Positions 39,700 to 52,513 of a stretch of 64,000 bases of DNA are shown one piece after another; the stretch's first letter is position 1, and every line of letters begins with the position of its first letter. Under the pieces are notes generated by a model. The model did no database searches. It was not told the origin of the DNA and saw only the letters and a list, made by a program, of their open reading frames with translations. Made by a program: the position numbers and the translations under genes. Origin of the DNA: Trichosphaerium sp. ATCC 40318 (taxonomy: Eukaryota; Protista; Tubulinea); assembly GCA_038496445.1 (NCBI GenBank), contig JALMLS010000050.1:1-64000 (forward strand). The letters are read 5' to 3'.

Positions 39700-40212
39700 A
39701 GATTATAGTTTCTCAAAGTTGGTGATCTGTTACCATCAACACTACAAGACGTTCAAACATTTGTTATGCTTTTCAAGCAATGAAAGAATGTATGAAAGCC
39801 GAAAATAATTCAATTTCTTAGCTGAAGACGTTGTATTTACAATTGTTGGTGCTATTTGTTGATGGATTTAGTGTTGTGGGAGGTAGCGTGTTGTTGTAGG
39901 ATGAAGCGTTGTAGGAGAAGCTGTACTTGGTGGAGCCGTGAATGAAAACTCTGTTTGGTATAAGTTGATTTCCGAGAGCTTGTGGGCATACAAAACTAGA
40001 AAACAAAATGAGCAATGTAGGTATGAATAAGTGCGTACTGACGTGAATGATGTAATATTGAAACCAATACTAGTAGGTGATACAATGTAATTTGTGACGG
40101 AAGAGAAAATCCTACAAGGAGATAGGAAAAGAGGCAGTGTTGTTGCAGAAAAAACAACAATCAACAAAAAGTTTGTGGAATGATCATGCATGGTGTTGAT
40201 TCTCGAAGTCAA
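39700..40212 (-). pseudogene. Possible decayed Pro/Thr-stalk secreted gene
   Basis: Intron-like GT...AG segments and a PT-rich tract broken by a frameshift (PPSTASPTTLHPTT / TLPPTTLNP). Confidence 0.3.
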
Positions 40213-40540
40213 TTATAGAAGCCACCGATTGATTCAAAGTATTTATAGAATGTATTCCTGTAGTACGCGAATATGCACAGGTATCGCCTTACCCTGGATG
40301 GGTAGTAATGACCATCTAAAACGTGGAATATCGCCAGTCTTTTTTGATAATATTGGTCAAGCCTCAATGCCGTTACTTCAAGGCCATTCAGGACAACAAT
40401 ACTAGAAAATGAAAAGTGAGTGTAACCGTGCGCAAGAAATTAATGGCTATGTAATGAAAAAGTGTTAATTTGCGGCAAGTAACAGCAGGAATTGGTTTTT
40501 TTATCTCATGATTTTTTTATTTTATTTTACTAGTACAAAT

Positions 40541-42964
40541 TTAATCTTCTTGGTCTATAGCAGCTGATAGTCGTGGATCTTGTCCACTTTCCATCATTTT
40601 TACAAGCTTTTTTTGAGAATCACTATGAAGCTTCTTCTTTACTACAACACCAACAATGATAGCAACGATAACGATAATTATTACGACAGCAACAATGATT
40701 GCAGCATACCATGTTTGAAAACCAGATGAGCTAGAAGTATCACATGTGTTCTCAAATGAAATAAAAACAACAAAACTCTTCTCTCTATATTGTTGTCGTG
40801 CCGTTGCCTTTTCACAACTTACTCCATCGTGCCTTAAAATCAAGGTGTTAGAAAACCAAAAAAAGAAAAAAAGTTTGACACGATTAATTGATTTCAAACT
40901 CAAATACACGAGTCACGTGGTAAAAAATTTTGTGAAAGTTAGTTCTTGTAACCGTAAAACAAAATAGAATTGTTCTTTTGTTTTGATGTCGTACACATTG
41001 AGTGTAAGGTCATCGAATTCCGAGTTATCGTAACATTCATAATGAGCTATTTCTATTACTGTATCATTTCTTTGTATCTTTAAAACCAGTTCTCCGTCAA
41101 ATGAAGCACATCCTTTAAGAAACGTATTAATTAACAACTACAGGTATTGCTTATCTATTTTTTATTCGCACCTCTAATATGTAATGTCCCACCTCCATCT
41201 ATTGTGAGTGTATTGTTTGTAACAAAGTCACCTACATTTGGTTAAAAAAAGTAAGAAAATAACAAGAAACAAAAGCTAAAACTCAGGTGTACTAACCATT
41301 CACTATTATGTCGTGTAGAACAGTGAAAGGTTCTTCTATGACCACTGAATTTTGAAAAACCCAAACACCACCAACACAATCACTATTAGGTACAGGCGGT
41401 TCTGGACAAGGTATAGACGTTGGTTCAGCAGTTGGAGCTTCTGTGGGTTCTGCTGTTGGACTTGAAGTCGTTGGTGCTTCAGTGACCGGTGGATCTGTAA
41501 CCGGTGGTGCTGTGGTTGGCGGTAACGTAGTAGGTGGTGCTGTAGGCGGTACTGGAGGGAGCTAAGCAAATAAGTATGGCGGGCACTTTGAGGGTTTTTT
41601 ATCTTTTCTTACGTTAGTTGGTGTCCATACAACAAGCGGTCCTAGATCGAGAGATTGATCGAATTCTTGTGCATTTGTTAAGTCTTTCTCAATTGAATAA
41701 ATACCAAAGCCTTCATCCCAGAAATATATTAATGGACTAATGTGATCAACTGAGATGCTTTTTGGGCTATCAAATCCGGAAGTTGATATTATTGATCCAT
41801 CAGCTACATTGTATCGCATTATTGTACCATTATTGGGTAGCGCAAGATACAACAGCTTCGATGTTGAGTCTAAAGAAATACTAGCGCTGCTTGCATCTGA
41901 TTGTTTGGTTAAGGTTTTGAAGTCAGACTTTTTTTGGCGCTTACCTGTGAATATTGTTTCTCTTGATGATATACCTACTGTTACATCAAGTCTAAAGACA
42001 TCCGAGCTGTCAGAAGTCACAAAATACAACCAATCACTAAATTTATCCTTTGACATGGCTATAAAACGTTGGTAAGCATCAATACAAACGAAAGAATAGA
42101 GGAAGAAAAGTTTAGTTTTGGTATGAAAAGGGCGGAAAAATTCCAATCACTTTTCTTCCGTTGTAATGCCACTCCGTTGTCTAAGAAGCTTACCCCTTCG
42201 ACTTTCAAAAAAAAAAACTATCTTAAAGGAGTGACGTGTTTGTGAATTGTTTTTAAAGAATACTTACAGATAACATTAGGTATGAGAGCAATCGTTGTGC
42301 TTGTTCCTTCGCAGTCACTGAAGCCTATCCTGTATATCCTTGTAGAAGACGCATAATATAATAGCTTATCCTCATCATCGGCATCCACTGCGTTTAAGAT
42401 ACTTATGTCCCTGGAAGCGAAAGTATAAGGATTATTCTCTTGTCCATCGTAATCAATACTAACAAAATTCTGTAAGCAAAAAAACAAATTTATCACGTGA
42501 TAAAAAAGAAGCAAAAGCTCGAACAGCCTTATTTGGGCGAACAATTATAAATGGACCTGAAACAACAATACCGTACTACGGAGTAGAAAATTCTCCTTAA
42601 CCACCCTTGTTTTGCTTTACGTACCAGTACAGCACATCAGAACTCGAACCAGGTTTGCTCAACGCTAAAAAAAGTCTGTAATTATATCTGTTAACCGACA
42701 CATCAGCAATAGAGTCCCCTGCGTTCTCATTTAGATCTAGCCAATCATACGTGTATGCCTTTGGATCTATGGGAACCATTGATCGCATGTCCGAAATACC
42801 TTCTGCTCGCGTGTACGAAATGGATTGTTGTGCCTGCCTCAGATAAAACTTTATTTAGCATGTTTTCAAAAAGAATTACAAGTAAAAAAAAAAATTAACT
42901 AAAATCGCACCCATGTTGCGGTAACGGAAAGTAATAAAAATGCGAATAGACTGGCTGTATACAT
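40541..42964 (-). CDS. Type I membrane protein: beta-propeller-like ectodomain (YWTD/LDLR-B-like), Pro/Thr stalk, TM, short tail
   Basis: Signal peptide; repeats such as PKSISVDHISPLIYFWD and ISLDSTSKLLYLA; TAPPVT stalk; TM AAIIVAVVIIIVIVAIIVGVVV-KKK. Confidence 0.75.
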
Positions 42965-43863
42965 GAACTACCAAAAAGTCAATTCAAGGAGACTTTACTG
43001 CAAACGTGTTGTGTTCACAAGCGTAAATAGAAGCAAACAAAATGTAAGTTCCAAACAAGCCAGAATCGGATTGACTTTGTACAATAAAGGGACGATACAA
43101 ACTGTGAGTTTTACTTTTAGTGGGCCTAATACCCATATGACTGATCTCATACTTAAAATCAAAGTACTATCTCGAAGAATTATGAATTTTTTGTGAATTT
43201 CAGACAGTCCGAAGATCTACAAACCCTACGAGGGTTGAAATAAGTTATAGCGTGCGGTTGATCGAGAGACTGCTATATTCTGTTTTTACTTATTTTGTAC
43301 ACTTTCCTTATTTCCTATGAAGCCAACAACATCCTCGAAGGCCCTCTAGGTTGTCGCCAATCGTTTTATTAACAAATCAAGCTTCCGAAAGCAAATCTAG
43401 CTATGTCACGCGTATAATTATCCGCCCGTAAAGGTATGAGGTTGTTTTAACAACTCGCAAACTCTTCACGAGTTCTGAACAGTTATTTGGTCAATTTCAT
43501 GCCAGATGATGGCGGTTTTATCAAGGCGAGGTAACTCAGTGCCAAAGCACCGCCCGCGCTCGCATAGAGTATTACCACACGCGGATTGATAAAATAACCA
43601 ATGATCTTCAATGAAACCACGCATGGCGTTCAGCACAGCCTAAACAGGTTTCTCGTCCTAAAATCACGTGACCGTACTTATTTTAACCTAAGTAAAACAA
43701 AGTAGCAATAATTGGTGTACTTACGTTTATGTAACGAAGGATTTGCCTTTAACCACGTTTGCGGGTCAAAAATGGATTGATACAGTTCACATGTGCTTTT
43801 TACTTTTTTTTTTCATTTCTACTGCATTTTTCATGCGTGTGACACTTGAAGAACGCCAAAACA

Positions 43864-46800
43864 ATGGAAGTAAATAAGTTTACGCTACTTGGTGGTCCTC
43901 TAACCGGTAAATCGTATGCGTAATTTACCCTTTTTACTTCATCTCAAGTACTAATTTTCTGTTTTCTAAAAAGAGCTTTGGTTGAAAGGGTAAGAATATA
44001 AAGGGAAAAAGAAAACGTTTCACTCTTTCTGTCACGTTTTGTATTTTGTGACTTTGTTTATATCTTTAGTTGGTCAATAATACGTATACAGATCAATGGA
44101 CTCAAACATTTGAAGGCGCGTTAATGTATATATAAGTATTTTAAAACTTTTTCTAGATCATTTTCGTCATCCACTTGTTATTGGTGGTATAATTAATGTC
44201 ATTGATATCACAGGTAACTTCTCTGTTCTTTTTTATTATTTCGTCCCGTACAATTGTAATAATTTATTACAGATGTTAGTGGTGATGCTGACGCACGTGC
44301 GCACATGGAAGGTGTTATAAGGCACGTGAAAATGGACCTCGACGCCAAAACCAAAAAAAAAAACTACCAAACATTCCGAATATATTTTCTTTTGCACTGC
44401 TTTCTCTCATTGTTTGTCTTTAGGGATAACTGGGCTTTCTTGTTAGTTTTCTCAGTTAAGGATAGAGACGGGTATGAATTGGTAAGTACACAATTTGAGT
44501 TGCCGTACTTGGTGTATCTAACCAAACAAACATTAAGATGATTCCATATCATGACAAGTTGAAGGCTATCAAAGGTGACTTTCTTGAGGCGTCACTTTTC
44601 AATAAGGATTAAAATGAGATCTTTTTAGGACCTGCTGGGTTTAAAGTAGTTCTTGTTGGGACTATGAGTGATAGTAAAGATAGATGTATTACAACAGCTG
44701 AAGGAGAGAAAATTGCAGGGTTTGTGTGCTTTCAAATAACGCGTATTTTTGGTGATCTTTCTTAGATATATGAAGTGTGATTATATTGAGACGTCTGCTA
44801 AGGGTGATGTTAATGTATCTACACCTTTTATAAATCTTGCAAAGCAACTTGAAGGATGGGAAATACCAAAAAGAAAAAACGCCCAAAAAAAAAGAAAAAA
44901 AGTAAAACATACTGTAAAAAACTTTACCGTACGTGATATGAGCCCACGTGATTATAATTTTTGATTTTGATTTTTTGTAAGTATTAATTTTTGTTCACGT
45001 GATATTTTAGAAACCTGTTCATCGTAAACGAAAGCAACCTAAAAGAGCGAAACCATTGGCAAGAAAAGGTGTAAAACAAAGAAAGAAAAAAGGCTTTTTG
45101 AAAATATCTTTCTCAAAAAGAAAGCGCCGAAAAGATAATCCAATAACAAGAGCAGAGTTAATGCTACCAAAACGTAGACAAGGACGTCATATAGCTTCTC
45201 AAGGTAAGTAAGAAACAATAGATACAGATACAGCTCAAAGATTTTCATCTCAAAAGAGATGAAAATAAAAAGAAATAGGGTTAACTTTCTTCTATGATTT
45301 TGGCACTTACACTTATTTAGGTATTGCATTGATACTACTTGGTATGGGCTTAAATCCTTTGGGAATGGGTTCAGGTGAAAACAAGCAACCAGAAAGAAAT
45401 TACAACACGTGAGGGTTCCTCCTTCTTTTAAACGAATTTTATCATTACTTCTTACAATAATATAGAGCTCCTACGCCGCGCAAGCCACGGAAGTCTGTCA
45501 AAGAGACGTTCCCTTCTCCTAAGCTAAGAAAATTATCAAGGACAAACACACAGCCAGCAATGCCAACCGTAAGTAAAGATAAGCCACTCTGGCTTTAACT
45601 AAAGTACTCTATTATTAGATGCTCAACTCAAGTTACCGAAATACACGAATTGCCAGTATAAAAAGAAGAAAACATAGTAGCGCCAGAGGACATCGAAGAA
45701 ATATGACCGAAGGTGTCTCATCGCAAGCAATAAAGAGGAATAGTCCTGTAGGCGTTGGTGGAGGCGATTTCTTGTCGGTGGGAACAAGACCACGAGCAAG
45801 TACGTGTCATGTTGTTTGTGCAGCCATTTTTCGATTGTAACACGTGTTAGCGAGTAAATCTAGGTTTGTGCCTCCACCGGACAGAAGAGCACTTATTGCT
45901 GCTATCACTGCAGAATTAATGTCTCCTCTCGTTGATTCATACTCAGAAGAGTCTTATACAGACGATGAGTACTCATACTCTGATGAAGAATACACTGACG
46001 AGTCCGAAGGTAACTGAAAATTATTTGCCATCCTGTTTTCCATTTGCCACTATTTCGATTAGTTTGCCCCTAATCAATGTTACTAGATATAAGTGCAGAA
46101 AACTCTTCTTTAAGTATGGAAAACGCGTCACAATCTTTGAAATCAGCCCCTTCAAGAATAGTTTCTCCAACACCTCGTGCATCTTCTCCCTTGGCTTCTT
46201 CTTTCTCTGCGCCAAGAATTGCAATCAAACATTCCTCACCACTATCAGCTACACAACCACGTGTTGAGATCCGTAGACCTTCTGCAACAAGTGGAGACTT
46301 ACCACCGCGCTTGCCAACGAGACCAAGTTTTGGAACACCACCTCCATCTCCTAAAACAGCTCATAGATTTATAAACCCTCAACCTGCTGTCTTATCGCCA
46401 ACTCCAAAAAGACCATCTCCTTATGGTAGGCCGTCTCTTAGGATGCCTACAAGTCGTTCTCCATCACCACCTGGAACCAGCCCAACGCCGAGCAGATCTC
46501 CTTCACCAACAGCAACCTTAACCACTTTGAGTACTTCACCTTATGGAAGTAGATCACCTTCGCCTCCGACAAGTCCTCTAGCAGTACCAATGAATGGGAG
46601 TAGGTCGCCCTCACCACCATCTCCTGTGTTACCTCGGGTTAATGGACATGAGCAACCAGTATCCCATAAATACTCTGTGAATGGAGGAAGGAAACCAAGT
46701 ACTGTCATCACGCCGGCGTATGATTCCTTTAATTTATATTAAAAAACTGTATTTAACACTTCTTAGTCCGCCATCTCGAAAAAGCCAACAGCCCTCACTT

Positions 46801-48382
46801 ACACCAAATCAAGGAATGTTGGCACGAGAAAAAGGAGAAAAAGGTAAATCTCGAACCCACAGCATGATATCACGTGCTATGACGCAAACAATGTATAAAC
46901 CCTTTATTTTTAGAACGGCTAAAACGGATGTCTACAGTTTTAAAGAACAGAAATAGTGCATTACCTTACAAAGAGCTTGAAGCTCTTGTAGAAGTTCGTG
47001 AAGAGTCTACAGGAGAGATAATAAAGAAAGGAAGATGTACGAGTTTTAATAATTCTGGTATTGTTCAACAAGGATCTTACACTTGCGTAGGGCGTGGTAT
47101 ACTAGTAGTGGGCAAGATTTTGACTTCCTTTTTTTTCACGGTTGCTCACTTTTACTTTGCAGTTAAGCGGTTCGCTGGATTTCTTGATGGCGTTTCTCCG
47201 AGGCAAGAAAAGAATAGTTTGACACAGTTCAAAAGAGAATCAGCATTTTTAAAATCCTTGAAAGGCCACACGAACTTACACATGGTACATAGTTTCATGA
47301 GTTAACCAAATTTTTCTAATGTTTTTTTGAAAGTTTGTTGGCGCATGCATGCCTCCTGATCCGTTGTGTATCGTTATGGAGTTTTGCAATACAACACTAG
47401 TAGGTCACATGACAAAAAGAAGCACATTTTCTCCAGGTCATATTATTGGAATTCTCAAAGGGATTTGCGCTGGTACAAATTGTTCTCATGTGGCATTTTT
47501 TATTTATTTTTTTTAGGAATGCTTCATTTGTCCTATGAGGACCTTATTCATGTCAACCTTGGTAAAGTTCAAGAAGCTTTACCTTGTTTTCTTATTGTTA
47601 ATAGCTGCACGAAATATTCTTATTGATGGCGGTGGTGTACCTAAAATAACTGGGTTTTGTACGAGGAATCAAAGCAAAAAAACAGTTCTAAGTTTTCTTT
47701 ACCACTAGCATTCCTTCGTAGAAAAAACGAAGATTTTTCAAATACACAAGCAAGGAAACCTATATTATTAAAGTGGTTACCACCAGAAGCACTAAGCAAA
47801 AAAAACTATTCTCTCAAAACAGGTATGCAAATCAAGAATCTTCTTTGTTTTTTTCAACAAGTTCAAAAACTTCAAGACTTGTTCAGTACCACTCACTTCG
47901 TAAGATTAATGCTGTTTTAGATATTTGGTCTTTTGGTGTTGTACGTTTTTGCTTGTTTGTTACTTGGCTCAAAAAACTTTGAGAGCTTCCCACACAAGAA
48001 CTAAACTATGTAATGTAGGTACTTTATGAAATTTTTTGTGGCAGCGAGCCTTACCCTGCACTCAGCTCATCAAGGGCACGTGATAAAGTTTCCTTAACTT
48101 TTAAAAATCTGACACTTTACAGGCTGCAGAACTGGTTGAAAGTAATAGTTTGAGACCATACATACCACCCATCTCTGGAGTAAGCAAAAACCTCTTTTTC
48201 AACTCGTTTATGTATACTTTGTTTTTGTTGACTTTTTTGTCTTAAAGGTTTCAGATATAATGAGAAGTTGTTTGGATTATGATCCACTCAAAAGACCTTC
48301 ATTTGGAAATATACAAAACCAACTTGATAACTTGATACCAGAAAATATACCAAAGCGTGTGGTCAGAGATCCAACATCATAA
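43864..48382 (+). CDS. Ras-like GTPase fused via a basic and Ser/Pro-rich linker to a TKL-type pseudokinase
   Basis: GTPase motifs GGPLTGKS, TQTFED, DVSG, VGTMSD, ETSAK. In-frame splicing continues through RSPSP repeats to kinase motifs VVKRF, LIHVNLAARNILI, KITGFS, LKWLPPEAL, DIWSFGV, CLDYDPLKRPSF. Confidence 0.8.
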
Positions 48383-48642
48383 TAAAAATTTGTATCATAA
48401 AAAAATTAAATGCGTTGATGGAGAATGTCTGTACCTCAAAATACAAACATGCGGTTCCAAAAAGTGATCCATTACTATTTTGGAATCACTGGATTACTAT
48501 TTGGGATCGCCCCTGATTTCACACTTTAATTGTACGACTGAGCGCGAAAAGCGTGCTCTTGCTTAATTCGACGTATTAAGTCCGCTATTACTGTTGCACT
48601 TTGCGTAAACTCACAGGAATAAGTTGCAACACAGCTGCAACT

Positions 48643-50399
48643 ATGATAAGGTCCCTACTAGCTTTATTATGTATCTTTTCAGTAGCGATTGCAACAGACG
48701 TACCCTCAAGTATTGATTCAGAGACTGTGCGTGTACTCTTAGCGTATAAACGATATAAACTAACAGTTTTGATGTATGTAGTGGACAGAACAAAATAGCC
48801 CGTACAATGTGTATGGTACTACTGTTACACAGCGATTGATTATAAAACCAGGAGTTAAGGTTATTTGTCAGTATTACAAGGTAAACATTTGTTTATTTTG
48901 CGCAATGTCCAATGTTAGATTGAACCAAAACGTTGCTGGCGTGCTATTCACCCACTTATCACAGTTTTTTGATCATCTACTTTTTTGTTATGTTTATTGA
49001 CAATGGTACCACTATAAAATTAAAAAACAAGCCTGGCGGTAACTCCTCTGAACAAATTGTAAAGGAGTAATTCCAAAAAAAAACCAACAATATTTCCTGT
49101 TTTCTTCTTCTTTTTTGAGCCGCACATTTTTTTGTAACAACGTTTATACCACATAAAGAGATAAGTCTTTATCTTTTCATACACTTGTTTCTAAGTATAA
49201 AGTAGTGTCTAGATATACAAGATGGTGGGCTCGTAGAATTTCAAGGCACAGCAGAAAAACCAATAACTTTCCAGGTATGTGCACTTAAAAACTTATTCAT
49301 TGTTTTGGAATCTACCTAAATTACAGATAATGGGTAAAAGCTATTCAAAAATTGATGCAACGGAGGCTAGTGTTCAACTTATAGCTAATCATACTCGTTT
49401 TTTTGGGATTCAAATCAAGGGAAAGTACGAAAAAACACATTCCACAAGTTTCTTGTTAACTTTTTGGTTTTTGTCAGTTACTATAACAGCCAATTTAAAG
49501 ATTGCTTGTTTCGGGATAGTAAAGCTGCTTTGTCTTCAGGAGCTGTATATAACTCATTGTTTATCAATAATGACGTTGCAGGAGAAAAGATACAGGCCCA
49601 TTCATCTTTTTTCATTGCCAACAAAGTTGGAGTAAGCAATTCAGCGATATTCAACTCCTACTTTGCAAACAATACTGCAGCAGTTACAGACTCAACTATG
49701 TACAACTCTGTGCTAGAACACAATAAGGTACCTTGATATACTTGTTGATAATAAATCCTTTCTGACACAATTAGGTTGCTTTAAAAAGCGGCGATACTGA
49801 AAAGCAGATTACTCATAATACTTTTCGAAACAATATCAAAAGTGCTGTATTAAGTCAGGATTCGTTTCGAGAAAATACAATCATTGGAGAGGATGGTTTT
49901 GGTGGCATTTATATGGCACCTAATAATGGTTATTCTATTGATATTGTAAACAACTACTTTGGCGGTATACCCGTATGGAAAGTATTCAAAGAGTGCGTTT
50001 TCTACTTTTCACTGAAAAAATGCAATTTGTCTTTTAACGTTCCTTCGTCTTAGCTTGATACACGACTCCAGAAATGATCCTGATGCTACAACACAATTCC
50101 TAGTAATGCCAATTTTGGATACAGTAGAGCCAACAACTCCACCAGTCTTAACATCAAAGTATTTGATGGATATTGTTGATGGTTTCACTACAGGCAATTA
50201 CAAAAGTAAAAAAACTGATCTTCAAAAAGCAACTGGAGATTTACATACACTAGCCATTGTTGCTATTGCATGTACTACAATCATAGGTAATATTTTTCTT
50301 TGCATAGTTGCTACTGTTATTTTCAGAATATACAACAAAAGAGCAAGTAAAAAGCACACAGAATACAGCCGTGTTGATACTTTCCCTCCTGAGCACTAA
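48643..50399 (+). CDS. Type I membrane protein with a right-handed beta-helix-like ectodomain
   Basis: Signal peptide; WTEQNSPY...LIIKPGVKV...GTAEKPITF motif; repeated NS-F-NN units; C-terminal TM followed by a YSRV tail. Confidence 0.75.
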
Positions 50400-50638
50400 A
50401 TAATAAAAACAAAGTTCCACCAAAAACCAAAGCATTTGTTAGTTTTCTCAGTTTACCACGATAATCAAATCAACATTATCGGTAGGAAGATTCCTACTTT
50501 CAGTGGAAGACAAACCTCTTGCAACTAATACATTCTGGTTGTCAACAATGTAGTAAGTGTCATACGACATGCACCTTAGGAGGGCGTTTTTCTTTCTTAC
50601 AACTTTCGCATTTCTTTCTGAACAGCAAGTACTTTTAT

Positions 50639-51540
50639 TTATTGTTTTTCAAAAACCAACATGAAATTATTCGCTGGCATTTCCAACTTGTCTACGAACT
50701 CCAATCCGTTCTTTTTTGCTTCAGATTGAACTTCTTCTAGATCGCGTATACCCCACTCTGAATTTCTATAACAAAAATCAATTACTATGACATTGACGTA
50801 TTGAGGAGAGGATAGTTATTTTTTTCTCTTTCTTTTTTTTTTTTGACATACCTTGATTTTAATGATTGATCAAAGCGCTCGTTACTCTCTGTAGTGCACT
50901 TCCCACCAATTTTAAATGGACCATAGATAAGTAAGTTACCTTTAGAGTTCAATGCAGCGCCAACACCACGCATAAGACCCTAAAGAAGCTGAGAAAAACG
51001 CAAACAATCGAGAGTAACTTTTTTGTAATCTTTAAAACTATCGTTTGACGTACTGGTAGCGTTGCCTTTGGCGCGATATGCAGCATGTTAATATTTATAG
51101 CGAGATCGAATGTGTTGTTTGGTAATTTCCAGTCTAGGTCTAGTACATTCAAAAGAGTGGGCGGAAGTACGTTTTTAAGGCTGTATTTGTCAATGTTCGC
51201 TTGTATACTAAACTTTCGTTAATTGTGTTTTTTGTTTACGCCACTAACCTCTTTACTAATCTGTCTTCAATTTCCGTCGGTTGAAACGTGCAGTTAGTAA
51301 ACGTCGTTGCAAACTCTCTTTTAAACTTATTAGATTGCCATTAATGAGTTCCACACGCACTTAGTATGATATCCAGTGCCACTAGAGACCTCTAAACATT
51401 TCTTCGGCTTATCTGACCTAAAAACGTTTGTAAACGCATTCAATTGGCTCTGGACTCTTCACTTACTTGTTTATAAATGTACCAAGTACTTTAATAACAT
51501 GTGGACAGTTCTTTATCGATGCTGCGTACGTTGGAATCAT
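50639..51540 (-). CDS. METTL26: DUF938 / methyltransferase-like 26
   Basis: LEVSSGTG, FQPTE, ININMLHIAP, LLIYGPFKIGGKCTTESNERFDQSLK, WGIRDL, MPANNFMLVF. Confidence 0.9.
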
Positions 51541-52513
51541 TTTGTGTTTGAGTGTTAACCGAAAAAGAGATTTGCCACGCAAAAACTTCCGCCAGTTAGT
51601 GCGCCTCAAGTCGCTACGCCGAAGATATTTACTGAGGGTATTGTTGAGGTTCCTTACAACTGATTATCCGAATTTACAATACGTGTGATAGTCCAGTGCG
51701 AAGAAATTGAGCGTAAGCTTTTGTGACAATCAGCTATTGACCTCCTTAAACAGCCGCTGTCAGGACGCAAGCTATCTATTGCAACAAGGCTTTGAGAAAC
51801 CGCAAGGTAGCTCTTTGCCCCATGTGACATTTCCTTCCGGTGATATATACCCCTACTATCTTGAGCCCTATGTTATGAAATTCGCCAAGTTTTTTTGTGA
51901 CAAATCAGTGATGATAAAGACAATCAGAATTCTTGTAATTGGCGTATTATTTCTTGATGACTGACGCAGCCTTCTCGAAACAATAAATCCTGCAAGTATC
52001 TTTACATACGCCGTACCGCCAATAAAATACAAAAGCGTTCTACAGAGTAAAGATGAAAAAAATGAGAATTGTTTACACCATAAACATACAACAAAGCAAC
52101 ATTTAGCACGTAGTACATAAAATACTAGAGTCGTGAAGGCACAGTCTCCGATAGAAAAGGTTCAAAGCTGATAATCGCAAAATATGCTGCTTTGCTTACT
52201 CCACATTTACTTACTTACGGAGTGTATTGTGGGTAAAACTTTACTATGTACAATTAGTTGTCAGTAATTAAGCGTAACAAGTGCGCCTTTTAAGTATAAA
52301 TGAGCACTAAAGGGTATTCGTAGCGAACCATTATGTGTTTTCAAAGATAGAAAAGCGTCTCGCTTAGTTTTTCTTTACAGGTTGAATTTTGACTCTTGAA
52401 GTCCTTTTTTTTTTGTAGTTGTGATTTAAAATATCTGACCTTCAGATAGCCATATATAACCACTACACATATTAGGTTATTCAAAAACGCACGTGATACA
52501 AATAAAAAGTCAC

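Noticed and set aside
43864-48382. Roco (Roc-COR-kinase) assignment
   Set aside because: The linker is low-complexity with no COR or LRR domain.
51560-52500. Short ORFs (e.g. 51707-51964) in a ~1 kb intergenic gap; likewise 43200-43640
   Set aside because: No recognisable motif, credible start or consistent splice structure.
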